Below are positions 17,496-26,302 of a stretch of DNA of 26,492 nucleotides, piece by piece. Origin of the DNA: a virus (Duplodnaviria > Caudoviricetes); the IMG/VR virus record IMGVR_UViG_3300046009_007384, positions 1 to 26,492 of that record; one strand, 5' to 3'. The notes beneath the pieces are model-generated. The model was not told the DNA's origin, ran no database searches, and saw nothing but the letters and a program-made list of their open reading frames with translations. Each line of letters starts with the position of its first letter. The first letter of the stretch is position 1. A program made the translations under genes and the position numbers.

Positions 17496-17939
17496 CTACT
17501 TAAAATTAGGTTTTCTAAATCTAATACTCTTTAATACTTTATTATCAAATTTTCTATAAGTAATAAAGTAACCACCTATTTGTTTTTGATAAGTCTCTGT
17601 ACCAAGAGAGGTATAGTAGGCTTGAGTAGCACTAGCATCTTCTTCTGTATCATCTGCTTTAGACATATTACTTTTATAGATTTCTCTAATGGTGCTATGT
17701 GGGTCTATTCCAAACTCCATCATTGCTCTAACAGTAACCCATAGTAAGTCACCTAATCCATCTTTAATCTCTACACTATCTTTGTCTGCAATAGCTTCAA
17801 TAGTTTCGTATAGCTCTTCTTGAATTAAGTTTATTGCTAGGCTTGCCCTTTCTTCTGGTGGGAAAGTTTCTTCTTTTAGAACAGGTAGTCCAAAAACTGT
17901 ACTCCAATGTTCTATATAATCTATAATTTTGTTTTCCAT
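17496..17939 (-). CDS. MazG-like nucleoside triphosphate pyrophosphohydrolase (PRA-PH/DR2231-like)
   Basis: 147 aa with LIQEELYE ... EIKDGLGDLLWV ... SNMSK ... KVLKS. Confidence 0.85.
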   Translation of the reverse strand: MENKIIDYIEHWSTVFGLPVLKEETFPPEERASLAINLIQEELYETIEAIADKDSVEIKDGLGDLLWVTVRAMMEFGIDPHSTIREIYKSNMSKADDTEEDASATQAYYTSLGTETYQKQIGGYFITYRKFDNKVLKSIRFRKPNFK

Positions 17940-17965
17940 ATCTTTTAGTTTAGTATTTTGCCTAT

Positions 17966-18352
17966 TTATACTTCAGGCTTGTATTTTAAATAAAACATCT
18001 GTTCTTGCTTGCTTAAGCTTTCCCAAGTATATTTTGGCTCCAAGTAATACAACTGCTCTTCTTCTGTTTTATAATAAGGAGTTGTTTTGTGTCCCATAAT
18101 AGTTACTGTTTTAGTAACAAGGTGTTCTTGTAAAGACTCTATATTTACAGGTACTTTTTTAGATTTTTTTAAATTTAAAAATTCATAGTAAGACTGAGTA
18201 ATAAGATGATTAGAAACATTAAATTCTTTAGCTATTTTATTAAAAGGAGTTCCTATTATAAAATAATTGTATATCTGTTCCCACTGTTCCTCAGTTAAAA
18301 TGCTTCTATCGTAAGTTACCCATTCACCATTTAATAACGTTTTCTTTACCAT
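17966..18352 (-). CDS. Hypothetical protein with a possible helix-turn-helix
   Basis: 128 aa. LTEEQWEQI...PFNKIAKEFNVSNHLI resembles an HTH. Confidence 0.55.
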   Translation of the reverse strand: MVKKTLLNGEWVTYDRSILTEEQWEQIYNYFIIGTPFNKIAKEFNVSNHLITQSYYEFLNLKKSKKVPVNIESLQEHLVTKTVTIMGHKTTPYYKTEEEQLYYLEPKYTWESLSKQEQMFYLKYKPEV

Positions 18353-19019
18353 TTAGTTTTGTTAATATTTTATCAACTTGTTTAAAATTAGGACATTCCC
18401 AATCTCTGTTTTCTTTAAAAGCATCAATAGGACTTTCCCAACTAACTACGTGTTGAGTTGGACCTAATACTTGTTCATACTTTTTAGCTTCTTTTCCCCA
18501 CAACATAAAAACTGTTCCAGGCGAATAAGTAATGATTTCTTTAAGAACAGCTCCTATAAACTTACTCCACTGCTTAGAATGCCCTTCTAAACTACCTACT
18601 TTTGACGTAAGTGATAGAGGAAGCACTAATACTCCTTGAGTTGCTAAATAGTCAAAGTCGTGGTCAATATGAAAATATAACTTCTTTTCGTTTTGGTAAT
18701 AATCTTTGTAAATACATTCAGATATTTTTCTTATACAACCATTGTGTATAGAATCTATATAACTATCGTCAAAAGGAAAATTGAAAGCACTAATATCCAC
18801 ACCGTACTCTTTTACTATTATAACGACTTTAAGAGTTTCTCTTGGGCACAACTTAAAATACTTAAACAATTCTTTTTCGTGAGGATACACCTTACCAAAC
18901 ACTCTCTGTAAGGACAGAAAAGTGTCTAGCTTAGTCATATACTCAGATTTTAAAGTATCTTTTAATGCTAGTGCCCAAGATAATCCTAATTGGTCTACCC
19001 AATATTCTTTAGTTCTCAT
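18324..19019 (-). CDS. ung: Uracil-DNA glycosylase (family 1) fold protein, catalytic motifs degenerate
   Basis: 231 aa. Scaffold matches UNG (SW...VYP...F...KVVI, QGVLVL, H..QW..F, VFMLWG.EA), but GQDPY reads VKEYG, LLLN reads LVLP and HPSP reads WESP. Confidence 0.75.
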   Translation of the reverse strand: MRTKEYWVDQLGLSWALALKDTLKSEYMTKLDTFLSLQRVFGKVYPHEKELFKYFKLCPRETLKVVIIVKEYGVDISAFNFPFDDSYIDSIHNGCIRKISECIYKDYYQNEKKLYFHIDHDFDYLATQGVLVLPLSLTSKVGSLEGHSKQWSKFIGAVLKEIITYSPGTVFMLWGKEAKKYEQVLGPTQHVVSWESPIDAFKENRDWECPNFKQVDKILTKLNGKENVIKW

Positions 19020-19240
19020 TAGAACTGTATAGTTACATTTTCATACCTTTCTAACCACTTATTTAAATCTTCTTTAAGATTTTCTTCAATAGTATAGTAG
19101 CCAGAATATTCAAAGTGTTTCCACAAGTAAGGTAGCATGTAATACTGCTCATCGTAAGGTATTGATTCAAACACAATACCGTTTACTTTGGTTCCTTTAT
19201 CTACTAAGTATCGACTTAGTATGTATAAATTTTTATTCAT
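19019..19240 (-). CDS. Hypothetical protein
   Basis: 73 aa, TAATG stop/start overlap with the UNG-like gene. Confidence 0.7.
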   Translation of the reverse strand: MNKNLYILSRYLVDKGTKVNGIVFESIPYDEQYYMLPYLWKHFEYSGYYTIEENLKEDLNKWLERYENVTIQF

Positions 19241-19250
19241 TGTTTTCTGT

Positions 19251-20129
19251 TTAAAATATGTATCTTATCTTACACCAACCTATAACCTCTTCAAAAATAG
19301 TAGTAAAATCTTTAATGTATTGAGCCTTTAAATTAAGCTTATACCTTAAGTTTTCTCCTCCATATTGAGAAGTTTTTACCTCTTGAATATCAGGTCTCCA
19401 TATTAATTTCTCTCCTTCTAAATTACGTTCTACATTGTTAAGATGCCTGCCTTTATTGTGAGTTAGAAATATTACCTCAGCTTTTACTCTACTATCATTC
19501 CAACCGTGCTCAACTGCAAATCTGTTTACTTTCTCAAATAGTTTCCTGTATTCTCTAAGCCAACCATCAGTTACTATCACTGGACTAAAGTTTAAATGCA
19601 CTTCGTACCCAGCCTTAATAAAATCTTGCACTGCCCATAACCTATCTTCTATACTACTTGTTTTAGGTTCCAATACATCACTGTAAATTTGAGGCATCAG
19701 ACTAAACCTAATTCTAATTTTTTGCATAGGATTAAATTCTAATAACTTTTCATTTACATACTTAGTAGCAAATGAGCCCATAGCTACAGGATGATTCTTA
19801 AAAAACTCAAATATGTATTCCCAATGATGGTGCTTTGCATGTAAAGCAAAGTCTTCATTACAACTTAAGTCGTATGTGATGTACTCACTATGAGTTTGAT
19901 TAGGTTTTTCTACATCAGTAAAATAAGAATGTGTGTTAATAGCTGTTAATATGTCTCCAACATTTTTAGCTACATCTAATCCTGTAGGTTTGTGTCTTTT
20001 TAGATAACAGTACAAACAGTCATAGAGGCAGCCGAATCCAAAACTAGGACTAATAAAGTCGGTAGACCTACCAGAAGGTCTAATTAACATAGATTTTCTG
20101 GTAGATTTTGTTATTACCTTTTCTGTCAT
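19251..20129 (-). CDS. splB: Spore photoproduct lyase-family radical SAM protein
   Basis: 292 aa. GCLYDCLYCYL (CxxxCxxC at residues 34/38/41), fourth Cys in SCNED (residue 90), TK, RIRFSL, TSSIEDRL, GY.V...FSP, YGG..LRY. Confidence 0.85.
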   Translation of the reverse strand: MTEKVITKSTRKSMLIRPSGRSTDFISPSFGFGCLYDCLYCYLKRHKPTGLDVAKNVGDILTAINTHSYFTDVEKPNQTHSEYITYDLSCNEDFALHAKHHHWEYIFEFFKNHPVAMGSFATKYVNEKLLEFNPMQKIRIRFSLMPQIYSDVLEPKTSSIEDRLWAVQDFIKAGYEVHLNFSPVIVTDGWLREYRKLFEKVNRFAVEHGWNDSRVKAEVIFLTHNKGRHLNNVERNLEGEKLIWRPDIQEVKTSQYGGENLRYKLNLKAQYIKDFTTIFEEVIGWCKIRYIF

Positions 20130-20136
20130 TTTTTAA

Positions 20137-20751
20137 TTATTCAAATTCACCGCTAGGGTGTAAACTTTTTTTAAGGACTAATAAATTAGCCACTTCTTTA
20201 TCCAATACTTCTTTGTTCGTATTAATTATAGGCCATACCTCTTGTTCTCCTAACACTGCTATTGACCAAGGATTACTCAGTCTCTTTTCCCAATGGTCTT
20301 TTAATACTACTGCTTTATTTAAAATTAAAGGAAGTACTAATGCTTTATCTGAAAAATAATTATTACTTAGTATTAGTTTTTTAGCTGCTAAACTTAGTTT
20401 TGAATATCTACCTTCTAAGATTAAGTTATAATCTTCTTTGAAGTCTTCATTAATACTAAAAACAAATACTATATAATCTTTATTATCATAGTCATCAATA
20501 TAATTAGGAAAAGCTTGGACTGTTGAATAAAATCTATCAAAATCTATATCTCTATAATTTCTACATACCACAAACACATAGCCTTTATCGTTAAATTTAG
20601 GCACATTACTATCGGATAAGTAGGCATTTAAGAATCTTGATTTAAACTTTATTCTTCCCCAGTTGTCTAATATATTACAGTCGAAGAGATTTTTAGAAAT
20701 ATTTAATAACGGAAACAAAAATGTTGCTGTTTTTGTATATTTCATCTCCAT
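20137..20751 (-). CDS. Hypothetical protein
   Basis: 204 aa, TAATG overlap with the upstream exonuclease; no motif recognised. Confidence 0.8.
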   Translation of the reverse strand: MEMKYTKTATFLFPLLNISKNLFDCNILDNWGRIKFKSRFLNAYLSDSNVPKFNDKGYVFVVCRNYRDIDFDRFYSTVQAFPNYIDDYDNKDYIVFVFSINEDFKEDYNLILEGRYSKLSLAAKKLILSNNYFSDKALVLPLILNKAVVLKDHWEKRLSNPWSIAVLGEQEVWPIINTNKEVLDKEVANLLVLKKSLHPSGEFE

Positions 20752-21800
20752 TAAATTACAGTCTTGCCGCCATTTTCTATGTATTCTTTACTGTAAGTCC
20801 ACTCTCCATTAACATCTGCGTATATATACATACTAAGAGCTTGCTCAAAGCCTAAATACTCTCTGTCTTCGTACACTCCACCACTGAAACCTATATTTAG
20901 AACATCTTGACTAATCTCAAAGCACATAGGAACGTTAATTAAATCTTTTTCTACAACTATGTATAAAAAGTTTTTTAACACATACCCTTGTTCAAAATAC
21001 TCTTTAAATTGAGGTGACTCTAATATACCTTTGTAGTAGACAGCTGCTTGAAAATCATACCTATACTTCCAAAACTCATACTTAAATCCATTAATACTTT
21101 TACTAGTAGTCTTAAAGTCAATAGGAATGATTTCTTTAGTAACAGGATTAACAATGACTCTGTCTAGCTCGCCTTTTATTAGTACTCCCCTATGATTAAA
21201 AGCGATTACTACTTTGTCTAGTATTTGTACTCCTGCTATTTTTTGATTAGTGTAGAACTTTTTATCTACGTAAGGCTTAGTAAATGTGTCTGCTTTTAGT
21301 GCAGCAACACAGTTAACTGCTTTAGCATATTCACTTTGTGCTACGGGAGTTTTACCTGCCATAGATTTTAGTAATTCAAAATACTCAGCACCTTCTTTAA
21401 TAATTTTATCTACTCTAGTATCGTCTTTCCAGTTAGCTTGATAATTATTATTGTTACAACAATCAAGTATTTTGTCTCTATATTCAGATAAAAAAGTTCC
21501 AAAATAATCTTCAGCAACTTCTTGAATATACTCAGATACTTCATCAATTATTTTCTTTACTGTTTCTGAACATTTAGATTCATCGGGTACTACAACATAT
21601 CTATTATCAAAATCTTGCTTTGTGCTAGTCAACATTAAATCTACTAACGTACCAAATAAAAAATGGTCTTCTGTAGACTGTACTGCTGACTCTTGTTTTT
21701 CCTTAGCTTTCTTAAACTCTAAGGGACTTGTAAGTATCTTCTTTAAGATACTTTGATTTATTCCAGGAAGGCTTCTATAGCTGTCAATTTCCATCTCCAT
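20751..21800 (-). CDS. PD-(D/E)XK exonuclease (RecE/exonuclease VIII, DUF3799-like)
   Basis: 349 aa with INQSILK, FGTLVD, KGELDRV, IDFKTT, YRYDFQAAVY. Confidence 0.85.
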   Translation of the reverse strand: MEMEIDSYRSLPGINQSILKKILTSPLEFKKAKEKQESAVQSTEDHFLFGTLVDLMLTSTKQDFDNRYVVVPDESKCSETVKKIIDEVSEYIQEVAEDYFGTFLSEYRDKILDCCNNNNYQANWKDDTRVDKIIKEGAEYFELLKSMAGKTPVAQSEYAKAVNCVAALKADTFTKPYVDKKFYTNQKIAGVQILDKVVIAFNHRGVLIKGELDRVIVNPVTKEIIPIDFKTTSKSINGFKYEFWKYRYDFQAAVYYKGILESPQFKEYFEQGYVLKNFLYIVVEKDLINVPMCFEISQDVLNIGFSGGVYEDREYLGFEQALSMYIYADVNGEWTYSKEYIENGGKTVI

Positions 21801-21801
21801 A

Positions 21802-22290
21802 TTATATTGTTTTTAATGAGTAAACTAATTTTCTGTCTTTAAAATCTTTTATTGGGACAAACTCGTAACTTGTTCTATGTAAAAATTCAACGGTATCATC
21901 AGGTAATATTCCTTTTTTAATTAATACATCGTCTAAGCATTTTAACCATACTAAAGCTAAGTTTCCTATATCCCAATTAGGTTTATAATCTTTGCTTGCT
22001 GGAGACCAACTTGTCCGTCTCTTCTTAGTAGTTTTATCAACTACCATCTTCATACTTCCATAATTTAAGGGAGCATATATCACTAATTTAGTCTCTATTG
22101 GTGTTTGTATAGTTAAATTTTCAGGTATATTTTTCTCAATGTAACCGTGCATAGCAGCCACTAGAGCTGCTCTTGTTGTAAAATGCACGGAAGCATGGAT
22201 TTTATTATAACCTATTTTAACCCAAGTAGATTTATTTTGTGGTATATGTGTAATAAATTCAGGAAATTCCAGCTTTATTTCACTTACCAT
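21802..22290 (-). CDS. rusA: RusA-like Holliday junction resolvase
   Basis: 162 aa. WDIGNL...KCLDDVL..KGILPDD matches the RusA D-x-x-N...K...D...DD signature. Confidence 0.7.
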   Translation of the reverse strand: MVSEIKLEFPEFITHIPQNKSTWVKIGYNKIHASVHFTTRAALVAAMHGYIEKNIPENLTIQTPIETKLVIYAPLNYGSMKMVVDKTTKKRRTSWSPASKDYKPNWDIGNLALVWLKCLDDVLIKKGILPDDTVEFLHRTSYEFVPIKDFKDRKLVYSLKTI

Positions 22291-22292
22291 CG

Positions 22293-23636
22293 TTATACGT
22301 TTTTAACTCTGTTAGATACTATTTCAGTCAATTGACATAAAGTATTTCTTAAGTCTTGAATAGTTTTCTTAAAAGCATACATACTAATTTCTTTAGGAAT
22401 AATTTCGTGTTCCTTTAAAGATTCTAGTGGAGTATTTTCAATCAAGTCTTCCAACTCTTCTTGTGTGTACTCTGCATACTCTAACTCAAAAGTATTAGTG
22501 TCAATTGGAATTACTTTGCCATTATCATCGTATTCAATAGTAGCAATTGGTAAATACTCACAACATCTTAATTTGCCTCCGTCTGTATAAGGAACGGCAA
22601 TTACGTGCATTGGATTAATCAATACTGCTAAGCCTACTGAGCCAAAATACCCTGAAGTAAGCCAACTACTATTGGCTGCGTGTAAACCTCTAGAACAAGT
22701 TCTATCTGGGTCTGCATCACATTGTTTTCTGTCAATCTTAACAGGCTGTCCCAAGATAATTTCCATACGACCTGTGTAACCATCTGTATAAACAGTTTGT
22801 TCACTTGCTTCTAAGTTTACAAATTCTACATACAAATCTTGTAAGTTACCGTGGTACTCATACAAATCATACTCTTCTAATTCAGAAATCCATTCACCGT
22901 CTTCTTCATCTTCGTAACCATTATCTACTTCAAAAGTATCATCTTCAACAACTTCCCATTTATCTTGATGCATTAACTCAAATTCTTGGTCTTCATTATT
23001 CTTAACTACTACAAAGTTTTTAGGACCTCTTTTTTGAGTTTTAATTTTTAACCATTGTTCTGCAACAAATTCGTTTCTTTCTCGTAAACCTTCGTTTTTA
23101 ACATTAACATTTCTGTAAGCTACAAAGTAACCGCTAGGAGTTAAAGTTAAATCGTTGTTAATTAAGAATTTATACAAATCTTCTCGGCATCTTGGATCAG
23201 GATTCAACGCACATAGTCTCCAGAAATTCATCATTGCTGATAAATCTTCTTGGTTCTCTCTACGTTCAGCAAATTCTAATGCTAGAAACTCAGGCACAGT
23301 AATATTAATACCTTTCATATACAACTTAATGCCTATTACTTCAAAATGCTCATCTCCTAAATCTCTGATGCTATCCATCCACTCGATAAGATTCTTTTGG
23401 TTTAGTGCTTCTTTCTCTTCAGCCGCTTTCTCTGATTCAAATTGCTTTTCTTTCATAGTTTGAGCTACTTCAAAACAAGCTACTAAACTTTGTACTTCTA
23501 AAGCATCACTTTCGTTAGTATTTAATGCCTTTTCGTACAAACCTAGAATTTCTTCTGTAGTGCTACAAACTTTTTGGTACATTTTAGAGCCTATAGTACA
23601 AACTATAGTATTACCTACTCTCATTGCTTTAATCAT
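22293..23636 (-). CDS. rIIB: rIIB-like protein
   Basis: 447 aa with NFW....LNP, LYKFL, GYFVAYR, CSRGLH, INPMHVIAVP, KLRCCEY; lies downstream of rIIA. Confidence 0.85.
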   Translation of the reverse strand: MIKAMRVGNTIVCTIGSKMYQKVCSTTEEILGLYEKALNTNESDALEVQSLVACFEVAQTMKEKQFESEKAAEEKEALNQKNLIEWMDSIRDLGDEHFEVIGIKLYMKGINITVPEFLALEFAERRENQEDLSAMMNFWRLCALNPDPRCREDLYKFLINNDLTLTPSGYFVAYRNVNVKNEGLRERNEFVAEQWLKIKTQKRGPKNFVVVKNNEDQEFELMHQDKWEVVEDDTFEVDNGYEDEEDGEWISELEEYDLYEYHGNLQDLYVEFVNLEASEQTVYTDGYTGRMEIILGQPVKIDRKQCDADPDRTCSRGLHAANSSWLTSGYFGSVGLAVLINPMHVIAVPYTDGGKLRCCEYLPIATIEYDDNGKVIPIDTNTFELEYAEYTQEELEDLIENTPLESLKEHEIIPKEISMYAFKKTIQDLRNTLCQLTEIVSNRVKNV

Positions 23637-23646
23637 ACTTCCTGTT

Positions 23647-23904
23647 TTAATTATTGTTTAGTTTTGTTACATTAATAAAGTTAATTTCTGGTTGATAACC
23701 TTCAACACATATTCTTTTTACATGAGGCAATGTTTCTACTTTTTTTAATGAGTGATTATACACATATTGCCAAGCATCTACATAAATCCCTTTATCAGTT
23801 ATTCTTACTACTTTTTCTTCTAATAATCTTGCCCATATAGGTCTAAGAATAGTATCACCTATTTCTATTAGATTACCAAATCTATCATAATGGTCTACAT
23901 TCAT
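23647..23904 (-). CDS. Hypothetical protein (possible SH3/KOW-like)
   Basis: 85 aa, DRFGNLIEIGDTI N-terminal motif; fits the gap between rIIA and rIIB. Confidence 0.7.
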   Translation of the reverse strand: MNVDHYDRFGNLIEIGDTILRPIWARLLEEKVVRITDKGIYVDAWQYVYNHSLKKVETLPHVKRICVEGYQPEINFINVTKLNNN

Positions 23905-23908
23905 CTTG

Positions 23909-26302
23909 TTAGCATTTACAATGTTTAAATTTACTATTGAAATAGATTTTATAGTGAATATTTAGAGGAAATTTATGCTTAGTCTTGAATCTATTTTGTA
24001 AGTAAAGTGTTTCTGCAACAAACTCTACAATATTATTAAATTTTGACTGGAATCTGTGTCCTGAAGTATCTAAATAATCAATAATAGTTAACTCTTCTGA
24101 ATACCTTAATATCTTAAAAAAGTTCTCTTCTAATTTTAAATCAAAACTATTGTTTTGTAAAGCCATTTTATAACAAGTATCTTGTAAAAACTTATCTGCA
24201 CCATAAATCCTATTTTCCGCTTCCATTAATTTATTAAACTGTAAAAAAGTATGTGTTATTGACTCTAAATCTTTAGTTACAGTAGGACTTAATCTCTTAA
24301 GTAGTTTTACTCTGTCTGTATCGTTTAGCAATCTTTTTAATTTAATAAATGATTCTGAATGATTTTTGTAAAGTTTAACCATACTAACCATTCTTCGGAA
24401 TATTCTATTTTCTTCTGATAAGAAACTTTCCATAGTAACTTGATTTTTTACATTTTTTAATTTTTTTAAATTAGTTGGAGCCACTTCACAGTACTGTAAG
24501 AATTTATCTGGAGTTTTTGTAAGAGCCTTATAAGTAAGATATACAAGCCTCATATTTCTATTAACTTCAAGTGTAGCATCATTAGAGTTAAGAAAGAACA
24601 AAGTTCTGTTACTGCCTAAAAAGTCGGCTACTTTTCTTTTCTCTGTGTTTTTAGAATCAGAACTATTAAAGTAAAACTTAGAAGTTTTAACTTGAATCTC
24701 TGTATTATCTCTTGTTACTCTTGTTTTTTTCTGAGACTCTAACCACTCTTTACTAATCTCTACTTTATCATAACTAGTAGTTTTAGCAATAACTTCTTTT
24801 TGAATTATCTTTTGATAAGCAGTAATGATAGTTCTCCATTGGTCTTTAGGTACAAGTTTTAGCTTTAATATACTTACATAGCTTTTTAAATACAATCTAG
24901 TTTTCTTTCTAATAAAGAATAGAACATCTTTTTTAAAAGAGTGCTTGATAAACTTACTCTTACGAGGGTCGTGGTCTTGTGAGACTCTTAAAACTAATTG
25001 ATAAGGACTTCTATTTCCTTTTGTCAATAACACACCTGCATCACCGTTATACTTTTGAAATCTAGCAGAAAACTGTCCGCTTGTATAAAAGTCAAAGAAT
25101 AAGCTAGTATATTCTTTAGGTAGCATATTAGCAGTTATTCCTACATCTTTAAAAGGCTTAAAATAATAACCATTATCTTCAATAGTAAATAGTCCATTAT
25201 GTTTTAAGTTCAACTTAATGCTGTCTGCAGCAAAAGATAAAGTGGGTACTTGGCATCTTTTTTCGTAAAACTCTTCAATAGTACTACATTCTTTAGTAGA
25301 CTCAGCCCATCTTCTTCTAAGCTCTGTTTCAAACTCTATGAGTTTTGCATAAATAGCTTCTTTAGTTTTAGGAGTGTACTTTACATCTTCTCTTGTTTGA
25401 ATAACATCTAGCTCACCTATTTGAAATTGTAGTGCTACAGGAAAATCTATTCTAGGCATTTCTAGTATTTTCCAATCTATTGGATAAGCCACTTTACCTA
25501 AGCAAATATGTAAATCTGTTTGAGGTCTCTCACCAGTAGTAGCAATCCACGTATCACCTTTCATAATCTGAAAGTTATTGGGAATATTGCAGTAATAAGA
25601 AAAGTAAACATTATCAAAATAAGCTAACTGTTCTTTACAACTAGTTCTAAACTTTTCTATGTCTTCTATCTCTATATATACTTTAATCTCTGTACCGTTT
25701 CTTTCTGTTGTCGGAGCTTCACCAATAATATCTAATCTAGGCCCATTCTCACCTTTTCTTAACATATAGCTGTATTCTATACTGTTATATCTAGTGCGAA
25801 TAAAAACTATATCAGCATAACTCAAACCACTCTTAGAACCCATACCGAACGCACCTATCATCGTATTACTTGATTCTTTAGTAGATTTCAAGTAATTAAC
25901 AAATACATCTTTAATTCTGCTAGGAGATAGACCTACACCGAAATCTTCAGTTGCCCAATACCAACCTGTATCATCTCTCTCAATAGTAACAATAACAGCA
26001 TCATCATTAAATATTTCTACTGATTGTTTTAGAGCTTCAAGCTCTTCGATTGGAGCAGTTTGATAGATAGAATATTCATTTTTAATTTCTTCTATCGAAT
26101 GCTCTTTAATAAATTTAGCCTCTGCGTGGCTATCAAAACTATTACTAACATACTCTCTTACAACAGCACCAATAGGATTCTTGTAAGGGTTTTGAAGCAT
26201 GTCCCAAAGTTTATGCATATCATTTTTGCTAATAGTAGCATCATAACCATCAAAAGAAGCATTTGCACTAAAATCAATTTGTTTCTTTGTTTCTAATTTC
26301 AT
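23909..26302 (-). CDS. rIIA: rIIA-like protein (N-terminal GHKL/Hsp90-type ATPase)
   Basis: 797 aa with YKNPIGAVVREYVSNSFDSH, DFGVGLS, STK...IGAFGMGSKS, NGTEI, VAYPI, FQIGELD...TRE. Confidence 0.88.
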   Translation of the reverse strand: MKLETKKQIDFSANASFDGYDATISKNDMHKLWDMLQNPYKNPIGAVVREYVSNSFDSHAEAKFIKEHSIEEIKNEYSIYQTAPIEELEALKQSVEIFNDDAVIVTIERDDTGWYWATEDFGVGLSPSRIKDVFVNYLKSTKESSNTMIGAFGMGSKSGLSYADIVFIRTRYNSIEYSYMLRKGENGPRLDIIGEAPTTERNGTEIKVYIEIEDIEKFRTSCKEQLAYFDNVYFSYYCNIPNNFQIMKGDTWIATTGERPQTDLHICLGKVAYPIDWKILEMPRIDFPVALQFQIGELDVIQTREDVKYTPKTKEAIYAKLIEFETELRRRWAESTKECSTIEEFYEKRCQVPTLSFAADSIKLNLKHNGLFTIEDNGYYFKPFKDVGITANMLPKEYTSLFFDFYTSGQFSARFQKYNGDAGVLLTKGNRSPYQLVLRVSQDHDPRKSKFIKHSFKKDVLFFIRKKTRLYLKSYVSILKLKLVPKDQWRTIITAYQKIIQKEVIAKTTSYDKVEISKEWLESQKKTRVTRDNTEIQVKTSKFYFNSSDSKNTEKRKVADFLGSNRTLFFLNSNDATLEVNRNMRLVYLTYKALTKTPDKFLQYCEVAPTNLKKLKNVKNQVTMESFLSEENRIFRRMVSMVKLYKNHSESFIKLKRLLNDTDRVKLLKRLSPTVTKDLESITHTFLQFNKLMEAENRIYGADKFLQDTCYKMALQNNSFDLKLEENFFKILRYSEELTIIDYLDTSGHRFQSKFNNIVEFVAETLYLQNRFKTKHKFPLNIHYKIYFNSKFKHCKC

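Noticed and set aside
18693-26296. Plus-strand ORFs 18693-18911, 20108-20359, 22805-23005, 23155-23463, 26060-26296
   Set aside because: Antisense to well-supported, tightly coupled genes.
238-26302. Stop-codon reassignment as in some crAss-like phages
   Set aside because: Very long ORFs are open in the standard code and coding density is near complete. TGA acts as a stop in ATGA overlaps. TAG was not seen as a stop, but there is no evidence of it being read as sense.
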